IMG/VR virus record: IMGVR_UViG_3300021255_002539
Location: 320,001 to 384,000 of that record
Strand: one strand, 5' to 3'
DNA from: a virus
Taxonomy: Duplodnaviria > Caudoviricetes
Length of the DNA stretch: 64,000 nt
In this document: positions 49,998 through 59,848 of the stretch, piece by piece
Position numbering within the stretch: the first letter of the stretch is position 1
How the letters are laid out: each line of letters starts with the position of its first letter
Notes under the pieces: generated by a model
Seen by the model: only the letters and a program-made list of their open reading frames with translations
The model's database searches: none
What the model was told of the DNA's origin: nothing
Translations under genes and position numbers: made by a program

Positions 49998-50521
49998 TTT
50001 GAAATTGAAAAGGTCGTTCTCAAAGGCAATCTATCGTGTTCTGGACAACACGGGTCAATTACTCCCTAGTTGCTTTCTCCCAGATACATGAATGTGTCTT
50101 ACTAATTTACGCGCAGGCACAATGTTGCTCTAGACCAATCGCAGGCCACTTGTGGGTTTTCTGCCCAATCCGTGCTTCTTACACCATGGAGCAATTCGAC
50201 TTGCCTTTGATTCATCGCATGAAAAACCAACTTTTACCTTGTTGGACTCGAACCAACCTCTCCTCCCCTGCCGGGAGGCGTACTGACCACTAATACGAAA
50301 GGTGTGGATTTCCATGCTAAATTGAAGTGGCTGTATCTCGCAGTCATGCCACATTGAAATTGAACAAGGCACTATTTGGATGACAAGTATCCAAAAGATT
50401 CCCAGCTCCGAACCGGGCGTTTCAATAACTAAGGCATAGACTGTCCATCTTGTCATAATGGTCATCTACACCCATAGCGGAGGCGTTTATCTCCTCAATC
50501 TTGTCGTGCCATGAAATCTAC

Positions 50522-50604
50522 TGGTAGCGGGTGACCGAGTTGCACGGTTGCTTTCGCACCAGGGTATGAACCTGGCAAGGGCGCTGCTCCCTAACACACC
50601 CGCA
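50522..50604 (-). tRNA. tRNA-Met(CAU), initiator-like 1:72 mismatch, with small V arm
   Basis: CCAGG-TTCATAC-CCTGG. Confidence 0.7.
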
Positions 50605-50730
50605 CTCTTGAAATAGCAAAACCATTCGCTTTAGACCCAAGGTTCTCATCTGAGTTTCCTCCAAGGGCTGACTCGCGCATGAGTATTCCCACATGGGGAA
50701 CAGTCTTTCCATCTTTCTTTTCCTCTATGT

Positions 50731-50850
50731 CAATTATCAAAGATCGCTTGTGATTGCCTTGCGTGGTTCAAGCAAACCTTGCTTTGCTTTAGCAAACCTT
50801 GCTTTGCTTTCACATCACATATTATACCACATTTGACTGGTATTTGTAAA
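50731..50850 (-). promoter_or_regulatory. Array promoter P2 plus boxA-like element
   Basis: CCCCC-TTTACA-N18-TATAAT, then GATCTTTGATAATTG. Confidence 0.7.
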
Positions 50851-50875
50851 GGGGGTTTGAAAAGTTTTTTGAAGT

Positions 50876-50952
50876 TGGTTGGGGTGACGGGGCTCGAACC
50901 CGCATCCCACGGTTTAAAGGACCGTTGCAGAATCCACTTTTGCTACACCCCA
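50876..50952 (-). tRNA. tRNA-Lys(UUU), C33
   Basis: ACGGT-CCTTTAA-ACCGT. Confidence 0.8.
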
Positions 50953-51102
50953 TCTGTTGAAATCCACTAAAAGCGCAAGCTCTAGACCTGGGGCTAATGA
51001 CTTCCTCCCAGGAAGACTCGCAATGCTCTACGCTCAGTCTTTACTTCTATATCCCACGAAGTTTGCTGGTTCTCGTGAACCCTCAAACATCTGTCCTAAA
51101 TT

Positions 51103-51228
51103 CAATTGTCAAAGATCAATGTCCTTGTCCCTGGACACTTGGGGTCTCAACTTGATTGATTCACTTGTGAATCCTCTCGTCTCAACGCTGCATATTATAT
51201 CATATTCTCTTCATGCTTGTAAAGGGGG
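51103..51228 (-). promoter_or_regulatory. Array promoter P1 plus boxA-like element
   Basis: CCCCC-TTTACA...TGATATATAAT, then GATCTTTGACAATTG. Confidence 0.65.
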
Positions 51229-51244
51229 TTTCCTAAAAAACTTT

Positions 51245-51274
51245 TGGGATGACCTTTTTCTTTTTAGGTCATCC
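51245..51274. terminator. Hairpin insulating the array from upstream genes
   Basis: tgggatgacct...aggtcatccca. Confidence 0.6.
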
Positions 51275-51636
51275 CATCTTCCTCGTTTTCCTTGAAGGAT
51301 ACTCTCTTTACTCGCTCGTCCTTTTCTCCTTCTTTTACTATCCTCGGTTGATGTTCAGACCCACATGTTCTGATGCTTTCTTCGCCTCGTTATCTACCAA
51401 ATTGCGCTTCGTGCTGCCACAATACTGAAGTCGGGACTCGGCAAACGGCAACATGCCATTGGCTATCTGAGACATAAATCTCAGATTACCATGGTTCAAT
51501 GCGCCAAATTGCTGTGTCGTCATCGTCATGTTTTGTCTATCTATCTTTCTTTCCACCTTCTTCGGTGTTCGTATATTATTTACACGGAATCACTCGAAAA
51601 CCATGCTTCAATTATACGAAAAGTTCAGGAAAATTT

Positions 51637-54630
51637 TCAGGAGTTGTTTTTTGTTGTGTTCCTTAGTTCCTCCAAGTCGGCATCGCTTGACAAGAACGCA
51701 TCTTCTTCCTTGTCTGGGTTGCGCATGAACTCTGCGTCTGGCTGGGCGAATTTACCACTTACGAAACATCTTGGATCACTTACCAATGTACTCAAGACTG
51801 TGTTAGAAGAGTTCTTCTCAATGTTGTTTTTTAATTCCCATATATTATTGTTTAATGTGTCCCATTTATTATTTTCATTATCTATTATTTCACATACCTC
51901 ATCAAATATTTCTTCGGCATAGATATCCATATCGTCGTTATCAAATTTATCCCAATCAATGTTATCGGCCATCCAAATCAACCTTTTCCTTGGATCTGTA
52001 TTTGGTTCATAATCTTCGTCGTCAGTTGAAGGTTTAACATAATCCATTACATTCAGTGAGTAATTGGCGAATATATTTGTAATTTTCTCAGTTATGTGTT
52101 TTTTCAATGTTAAAAAATTGGGCCAAGAGTTATATCTGACAAAATTACAAAGAATCCCATCTATGTTATGCAATATGTATCCAATGAAACTGTTGTGTAT
52201 TCTATATCTTTTTCCAAATACATCCGGGGCGATGAAGTTGTCTATATAGGAATTCGCCGGTGGATATATATATTGCCCACTGTCGTTTTTCCTATAGTTT
52301 CCATTTGAATCTTTATATGGTTCTTGTTCATCCCTCGAAAAATAAGTATTTCCATTGTCTCGTATGTCAGCCAGAATATATGGCTATAAGGTCTTCCAAT
52401 TTTCAACGAACCTGTCGCTTGGGAGAAAATGACACATTAGTTCAAAATTGTTTATGTAAAATTCCTCTATCAGCTTAAATGCTTTTGTCCTGTACGCAAT
52501 CATGAAATTGTTGAAATTCTATGCTATATCGGAGCAATGTTTTGATTGTTTAATGATCTTGCGTAATACTGGCCAAGCTGCATATTCGCAGTTCTAATAA
52601 TATGGTTTTCCATTTACAAGAACTCTCTCGATATTTCCAATACCTGTGTGTGTGGCATTTGCGTCAAAAAACGCCATTGTATCTGTATATCCACAAAATT
52701 GGTTTAAGTTTGTGAATATATGACTATTTGGACTTCTTCTACTGTAATTATCTCGTGTAATACCCTATCCAAAACAACAATGATCAAATATCAAGAATTT
52801 CGTTATACTAGAAAGATTGGTGCAGAGAAAGTGGAGTTCATCAAGAGACTCGCCAGTCCACCACTTGTTGGGGTTATCAGATGAGCAAATATATGAACAA
52901 TCTTTCTTGGAATCTATGTCGTTATATTCTATTCTGGAACCATGACACTTTAGAAATTCCACCCTAAAAGGCGAGTCTGTTTTACAATATTGAACTATTG
53001 CGTTTTTATCTACTCCATCCTAAAGATTGGCCGAAGCATAGATTCTGGTATAGTAGTGTTTACGATTCCAATCATCATCTACAGCCCCATAATTCTTATC
53101 TAACTTTCTATGCAAGTACTTATATCCTATATTGTCTGGAAATCCAGTTGAGTCTTTTGATCCAAATGAACCACCACCCTTTGATGAATCACAATGCAAA
53201 ACAAATTCCACAGCTGCCCAGGGTTTGACTATCGGTATTACAATTTTATTATATAATTTGTCTTCGGGAATAAAATCCTCATTGTGGCAAATTCTAACTT
53301 CATTTGAATCCCATGCTACACTGTCGTCCTCGCCAACTTCCCTTACATACCAATAGTCTGTGAATCTGTGAAATAGTGAATTGCATTTCGCAATTTGTTC
53401 CAAAGACAATTGTTTTTTACCTTTGGTTACTTGTCTAACTATGTTGTAGTATCCAGATATGGGATAATTGTAATTTAGGTTAAATAGACAAACCCATCTA
53501 TGCTTATATGGGATATTTTGGACATCTTCCCCATTTTCTATATATCTGTTCAATCTGTCGTCGTCCGGGCGGGTATTTCTATCAATATCCTTGTTCCGAA
53601 TATAATCATAATATGAGTTGTACAAGAACTTTTGCGTATTGCGCTTTTCCAATACTGTACTCTCATCTCCAAATAAAGTCTTGGGGAGAGTTGAATAGGA
53701 AACTTTTAGAAGTGATTTTCCACATTTATACCTTGTTTCATCAACAAGATTATATTCATCGCTTTCGCCATATGGAAACGAAGCTTGAAAAATCGCCAAA
53801 AATGCATCTATATACATCAATATTGTTTTTATGTTTTTGCAATCTATTCGTAGTCCAAAGGAATTGTTTATTGTACAACTATACCCCTATATAAAATTGC
53901 TTTTTTCCTCCCCAAAATGCCCAATATATGAATCTTTTGGAACATCGGGATTCCTGGTCCCAATGTCAAATTGATGCACTTTTTCCCTTACAAGTTGATT
54001 GTCTTCATTTGTTGGGGACGAATAGTCTCCTTCCGTGTTATACAACCAATCAAAACCCAAAATATTTGTATATGTGTGTGTATTTCCAGTGTGTTGTCTA
54101 TGTATAACTATTTTTGGATCCGCCCCTTCTTCCCAGGTGAATTTGTAAAACAAGCACTCGTCGCACTAATCATTGCCAATAATTTTCAATTGCATATCTG
54201 TTTGTTCGGCAATGATTTTAATATGACTAATCATATTACGTGAATTTAAGGGCTCCGCGTCCACTTTCTTAACAAACTCCCAGTCATCATCAATATGTAT
54301 GCAACTTGATAGATATTCTTTTCCATTGGAGGTATACTCTCCCCTGTCTCCCAATAAATTCATGCTTCGGGTTTCCCATTGAGGTTCATAGTCAGGCTAA
54401 TCCAACGATGATGTATCTTTGACCAAACATTTGAGTACATGAACTCCGGGATTTGGCTTGAACAAAACAAACCATTTGGTGTTTGTCACTACACTTTCTC
54501 CTGAGTTGTTATACATTTTTCCTCCAGGAATGCGAATTATGCTTCCGAATTCACTTCCTTCCTCAAGTATCACTTGATTGGTTTCAAAATATGTATATTC
54601 AGCCATGGATGTGTACCTCGTATATTGCAT
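51637..54630 (-). CDS. Large hypothetical protein, ~997 aa, with 8 in-frame TAG
   Basis: Six ORF fragments plus the gap 52174-52764 read in one frame with only TAG interruptions; TAATG coupling at start; ends TGA. Confidence 0.75.
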
Positions 54631-55967
54631 TATTGGTCTAGTTCTTCGTTAAATGGTACTTCATATAGATATGGTAGCGATTTATCATCTGGGGTTTCTT
54701 CGTTGATAATCACAACTTTATTTGGTATTCTTGCGTCCGCCGGGGCAGCTGCTGTTGGTATATCTATATCACTTATGAGATCCGTCCATAGTTGAGTTGT
54801 CATTGTGGATTCGTCATTCCCTGAATATTTTATATTGTATCCCAATTGATTCACCACTATGGTTTCCCATTCAGAATCCAGATAGCCAGTTGAATTGGAT
54901 GGTACTGTAAGGGTCTTGTTGTCGACCAATATTCCCATCTGATACTCCGGTGATGATTCGCCAAAGGCACTCTGCCCCAGACGGGGTGCGGCAACTGCCT
55001 TGGATATGATGTTCTTCAGGTTCAAGCATCCAAATAAAGCCCCCCTGTATATCATAACAAGATTTTTGGGCAATGTGATGCTGGTTATGTTCTTGCAGTC
55101 CTTGAAGCAGAACGATATGATTTCTACCACCTTGTCACCAAGCTTCACATCCCCAACAATCATGTTCGCGTTTGTATTTGTTTCTGGGTCAAATCCAACC
55201 GTTGAAATTCCGAACCGGGACACATTGTCGTCTATCCTTACATTGTATGTTCCAACTTCCCCATATGTGTGCGTAATCTCAGAAAAAACGCTTTGTGCAT
55301 AGGTATTGGTGGTGCCATCTCCCCAATCTATGGTGGCTTGTTCAGAACCCTCCGAAAGTGTTATTCCATTGTGTATGTAAAATGTCTTGTTAGACTCATC
55401 TGTTATCTGGACGGTAAATTGTGTTCCAGTGTATTCAGATTCACTTGGCTCGTCTGGCTCGTTTGGATCGTCTGGATCGAATTGGGGTATTGGATATTGT
55501 TCGTCCAACTCCTAATCCCATCCACTGGGCAGTTCATAAACATGCTTTGAGATCGTGATGTCAGAATTGACGGCAATCGTATCTCCCTCTTTATATGTCG
55601 TCTATCCTATGTCTATTCCACTCATTACGCATTCCTTTATCGTGTATGTCCCCTTCTCAACTACAATGTCCTTTTCCCCACCATATATCCCAGGCAAGGT
55701 TATGTCAGTACTGGACGCTCCCCTAGAATTTGGGCAGATTACTATGTCGAATCCAACTTGATTGTGTATTGTTGCAGGGTTTTGTATTTCAATTGGCTCA
55801 TCTGGTTCATCTGGTTCAATTGGATTGGATGGATCAATTGGTTCGTCCGGATCAATTGGATTGGATGGTTCATCGTCGCTCCATTGTTGGTATGTTCCAA
55901 GGTATATTGCAGAAACCTTTCGATTTCCAATATACAATCCAGATAATCCATTCAAGTTGTTCGCCAT
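54630..55967 (-). CDS. Adhesin-like protein (Pro/Asp/Glu linkers, PKD-like IDWGDG, BspA LRR), 2 in-frame TAG
   Basis: Fragments 55602..55967 and 54630..55508 joined via TAG 55602 and 55512. Confidence 0.75.
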
Positions 55968-56145
55968 AAAAACAAATCTCCATTGTTGTAGAAGTATTTA
56001 CCATAATTGGGTAAATTAACTATCATTATTCCAAAAATGTGGAATGACTGCAGGGGTCCGCAAGCGAATGGGATTGAGGTGGTTGGGTTCAGAGATTTCC
56101 AAAAACCAGGTGAAGTGGGCGGAGGACAGACTCGCAGATACAGTA

Positions 56146-56529
56146 TCAGTTGTCAATGACTGTGTTGGTGTTGGTTGTGGACGACAAGACGCCAGCATCA
56201 ATCTCCCTGAACAAAGTGGCAATCTTGAGCAGGTCGTCAAGCTTGATTGATATTGAGTTGGTTGGTGTTGACGAGTGGAGACCGCCCAGGTTGAAGTTCA
56301 CTGTCTTGTTGCTTGTGATCTCGGCAGACATTGAGTCTATCTATGTGCTGAACCCCCATTTCGTGTATTTCACTTGGTAGCCCTGGTCAACTATGACATA
56401 TTCCACTGGATTGGTCTGGCTGGATTCGGAGTATATTGGGAATGCCAGATTTGGCCGCTTGTCTACAATCACCTTGGCGAAGCATCCTGACAGAACCAGG
56501 GATATAAGCAATATCAGGATCTTGTTCAT
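56146..56529 (-). CDS. Lipoprotein (lipobox LSGC), candidate lysis accessory, 1 in-frame TAG
   Basis: MNKILILLISLVLSG-C; in frame with 56146..56331 across TAG 56341. Confidence 0.7.
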
Positions 56530-57089
56530 CGTTCAAGCTTGCTTGGTTCGGACGCCACCATCTTGATTTCCTGTGTCCCGAATATCTCCGCAACGAAGTC
56601 CTCGAACCTCTCCTTGACATCGTGGTTTCCACCAATGGAGCTGTAGTACTCGAATTCGTCCTTGATTCGCCGATACTGCTTTTGCGTTATCTTCTTCGTG
56701 GCTTCGTGGAAGTCGATTGTCTTGATGATGTCGTCCCTCAAGAGCCAGATGGTACCCTCCTTCGCCTTGTTCATCATCTCCTGGTGGGTTACAGCATTCT
56801 TCTTCTCGAAGTTGTCGAACTTGTCACCAATCTTGTCGCCAATCTTTGACTACATCCAGTGGAAACCAATTATGATGCTGATGACTATAATGGCATCACA
56901 AATGAGGGAGAACCTTCGCGCACTTCTATTGGAGATGTCTGTCTTCTAATTGCCGCAGTTCTGGTTGTATACTGCCCCATCTCCAAAGGTGATGTTCGTG
57001 CCAGTCTGCTTGAAGGAGTCGTCCACATTGGAATGATCGTCCATGCTCAGGTCTGCCGACACATGTGGATTTGTGATTGGAATGTCCAT
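56526..57089 (-). CDS. Holin-like single-TM protein, 2 in-frame TAG
   Basis: TM AIIVISIIIGFHW flanked by TAG 56946 and 56850; LLRDDI...YY.SIGGN..V motif seen in phage holin-annotated proteins; GAGGTG SD. Confidence 0.55.
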
Positions 57090-57191
57090 TTGTATTGTTG
57101 CACCTCGAAGATTGGTTGTTGATGTTTACATTTTTGCGCCTATTATGTAGGTTCTATTATATTTACATTTTTTGCGTGAAAAGAAAACAAC

Positions 57192-57215
57192 AAACCCACC
57201 TGGTTCAGATGGGTT
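57192..57215 (-). terminator. Intrinsic terminator
   Basis: AACCCATCTG...CAGGTGGGTT followed by T-rich tract. Confidence 0.6.
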
Positions 57216-57281
57216 GCTGCAATAGGTTTAATTACAACTCTTAAAGTGGAATTCCACCCACAAGGGGTTTAATTCCACCTA

Positions 57282-57614
57282 TTATGGATTGAGTGCCGCC
57301 CGAATCTTCATGTTGGCGAGGTCGTTGTTGCCATTCACGATTTCCTGCACGACACTGAAGAGGACGCATGTGGAGGAATTGTCTTTCATGAAGCCATTTA
57401 CTATGCAGTACATCCTCAGGGAGAACAGGAACGACTTTGGGTATTCGCAGTCGCACAGACCAACATAGTACTTGGCTCTGGTGAGATATTCTGACTTCTT
57501 CTCCATCTGCCACTTCGTCAGCCACTTGATTACAGACGCCAGGCAGAAATCCACCTTGAAGGCCCGTATCAGGTCAATTGGCTGAATCACCAGTTTTGCA
57601 TACGACTCTCCCAT
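57282..57614 (-). CDS. DUF3310 (T7 gp1.7 nucleotide-kinase-like) family protein
   Basis: Y....IQPID.I.....F....VIK.......YL.RA.YY. Confidence 0.55.
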   Translation of the reverse strand: MGESYAKLVIQPIDLIRAFKVDFCLASVIKWLTKWQMEKKSEYLTRAKYYVGLCDCEYPKSFLFSLRMYCIVNGFMKDNSSTCVLFSVVQEIVNGNNDLANMKIRAALNP

Positions 57615-57617
57615 GTG

Positions 57618-57911
57618 TCATCCAACCTTGAAATTCCAAATCTTGGACTTGGCTCGGGGCGTTGTCTTGAACTCCACATCAACGACGATTGGATTGGTCT
57701 TCTCGTTTGGCGCAGAAACCTTTGTCTTGTATTCGACAAGCATTCCCTCCAGTCGAGCGCGTTCAAACATGCGACTTATTGACAGTTCGATTTCATCAAT
57801 GTTCTTCTTGGTTCTGTCCTCGTATCCCCAACGCATAAGATATCCGGAAATTGCACATCTCATGCCCAGTTTAATGTCGTTCCATGTTGTTTTCTTTGTT
57901 GCTTTCTTCAT
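57618..57911 (-). CDS. Hypothetical protein
   Basis: 97-aa ORF in operon. Confidence 0.6.
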   Translation of the reverse strand: MKKATKKTTWNDIKLGMRCAISGYLMRWGYEDRTKKNIDEIELSISRMFERARLEGMLVEYKTKVSAPNEKTNPIVVDVEFKTTPRAKSKIWNFKVG

Positions 57912-57932
57912 TGTTGTTTCCCTTTCGTCAAG

Positions 57933-58874
57933 TCAGTCCATGTCCTCACCAACGAGCTTGTCGAGGTTCTTGGCAGGCTTCTGTTCCTCGACTTCCCGCT
58001 CTTCATGCTCTTCTTCTGGTTCTGCGTCTTCTGGTGCCTCGTCAAGTGGAGCAGGCTCGTTGTTTGGCGTCAGAATCAGCTCGGTGACGATTGCCAACAT
58101 CTCCTGGTTCTTGGAGTTCTCGTGGTGCTTGTCGCACTGCTTCTCCACGATGTCAGTGGCCTTCTCGGCATCTCCATTCATGGAGAGTTCGTCGGTCTTC
58201 GCCTGGAGATCTGCCAATGCTGAGAACTGGGCTTTCTTGATGCCCTTGGGGTTGCTCTCCGAGTACTTCATGTTGTCAGGGATGTTCTCGAATATGACAT
58301 CCTCAATCTCTGCGTTCTTCTCGAACATGTCGTTCTTGACGTCGGCGGCCCGTGTAATGTAGTCCGTGATTGTCTTCTTGTCATCCTCGTTGTTCGCCAA
58401 GTCGAGGTTCGTGATTGGCTTGGTGAACCGAATCTCGATGCCAGCGTCAAACAACGCCCGCTTCACCTCTGGGATGAGCCTGGCCGCATAGAGGTTGGTG
58501 ATGATGTCCAGGGCGTAGGTGTCTGCCTTTGGCGGCGTGTTCTCCTTTGGCTTTCCACCCTTCTTGAGGTACTCGAAGTCAGCAGATTTGCCGAACATCT
58601 TCCCAAAGAAGGACTTGAGCGCACCCTCAATCTTCTTCTCGCGCTTCTTCTTGTCCTCGACATCGGCGAAGCCGTTGAACAAGCCAAGCCTCTCTGCGAT
58701 CATCTTGAACTCGTCTGCCACATTGTCGTACATGAACTCAGAGAATTCCCGCTTCATGTTCTTGAGCGATTCCTTGCAGGTGGAGTTGATGTCTGTCTTG
58801 ACCCTGGCGGCGTCGTTGATTACGGTCTTGAGGTTGTCGTACTGATTGTTGATTTCGTTCTGTTCTTCTGACAT
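57933..58874 (-). CDS. Hypothetical helical protein with acidic tail
   Basis: AAAGGA SD; 313 aa. Confidence 0.75.
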   Translation of the reverse strand: MSEEQNEINNQYDNLKTVINDAARVKTDINSTCKESLKNMKREFSEFMYDNVADEFKMIAERLGLFNGFADVEDKKKREKKIEGALKSFFGKMFGKSADFEYLKKGGKPKENTPPKADTYALDIITNLYAARLIPEVKRALFDAGIEIRFTKPITNLDLANNEDDKKTITDYITRAADVKNDMFEKNAEIEDVIFENIPDNMKYSESNPKGIKKAQFSALADLQAKTDELSMNGDAEKATDIVEKQCDKHHENSKNQEMLAIVTELILTPNNEPAPLDEAPEDAEPEEEHEEREVEEQKPAKNLDKLVGEDMD

Positions 58875-59130
58875 TTGGTGTTTTCCTTTCAATTAGAAAT
58901 CTGTGTATATTGGCTTCACTATGTATATCCCCTTTGCCTCTGACTTTATGCTTTGGCTTTTGTTCCTGTCCTCGGCGAATTCGTTTGCGATTCCTTCGTC
59001 CCGAAACACCCCAATTACCTCATGGTTTCCACTGATGTGGTTGATGAATTGCACCGAATACAATTTGTTGATGTTGTCCATTATCCAAGATGCCTTTCGT
59101 TTGAAAGATGCCTTTCGTTTGATGGTTCAA

Positions 59131-59583
59131 TTATACGCCATCCAGTTTGACGAATCTGAGGCACACGCCAGCTTCCTTGAACATTTGGCTGGTGAGTTCT
59201 GTGCTTTCCTTCCACCGCTCCGGTATCTCGGCATCTGGGACATACACGAACTTAATTCCACTTTGGATAATCAAGGCGGCGCAATGGGCGCAAGGTGGCA
59301 TCTTGGTGACATAGATGGAGCAGCCATTCAGATTCTGCTTTGCGAACATTATGGCGTTTTCCTCAGCATGCAGAATCATCTTGTACTTGGTTGCCCTGTC
59401 TCCCAGTCGGTCGTTGGTATCCTGCACCCCAACAGGCAGCCCATTGAACCCCGTGGAGATGACCCTGTTCTGGGAATCCACTATCACAGCCCCAATTTGG
59501 GAAGACGGGTCCTTGCTCCAAGACGCAACCAAGTACGCCATGTCAAAGAACCGCTTCTGCCATTTCGTAGCCAGTTCAGCCAT
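59131..59583 (-). CDS. dCMP deaminase
   Basis: SKDPS.QIGA, TGFNG, HAEENAI, PCAHCA. Confidence 0.9.
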   Translation of the reverse strand: MAELATKWQKRFFDMAYLVASWSKDPSSQIGAVIVDSQNRVISTGFNGLPVGVQDTNDRLGDRATKYKMILHAEENAIMFAKQNLNGCSIYVTKMPPCAHCAALIIQSGIKFVYVPDAEIPERWKESTELTSQMFKEAGVCLRFVKLDGV

Positions 59584-59848
59584 TGTCCAATCCCCCAATC
59601 TTGAGCAGATCTGAAAGCGAGGAATTGGTCTCCTTCATCAAGTTGGACAAGTCCGACACGGCAGAATACAATGCCATCTCCTGCTCCACAGTGAACTTCT
59701 TGGTCTCGCCATCGACGCAATCGTAGATGCGGTCGTCGTCGAACACGCCTGCCCTTTCTGCCTCATCGCGATCCCTTGCCATCTCGGCCAGTTCATCCTC
59801 GGGCAAGTCCTTCAATATGCCCTCTATGTCGTCTACTTGATATGCCAT
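59576..59848 (-). CDS. Hypothetical protein
   Basis: AAGGAG SD; promoter TTTACC-N17-TATAAT. Confidence 0.7.
   Translation of the reverse strand: MAYQVDDIEGILKDLPEDELAEMARDRDEAERAGVFDDDRIYDCVDGETKKFTVEQEMALYSAVSDLSNLMKETNSSLSDLLKIGGLDNG

Noticed and set aside
50771-50810. 20-bp tandem duplication (also 18 bp near 59087-59122 and 14 bp near 34069-34100)
   Set aside because: Two-copy local slippage duplications with no further structure
50876-50952. Possible ochre (UUA) suppressor
   Set aside because: Stem register gives UUU, and TAA is the normal stop of many genes; same reasoning for 49080-49153
43151-51295. Many short ORFs listed across the RNA array
   Set aside because: They overlap tRNAs or structured RNAs; only 47194..47379 has a convincing SD and a free slot
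51335-51529. Short ORF ending TAG-TAA as evidence that TAG is a stop
   Set aside because: TAG is immediately followed by TAA, so it fits either code, and the ORF itself is uncertain
51637-55967. Pseudogene cluster or sequencing errors
   Set aside because: All interruptions are TAG in a single frame, with no frameshifts and no TAA/TGA
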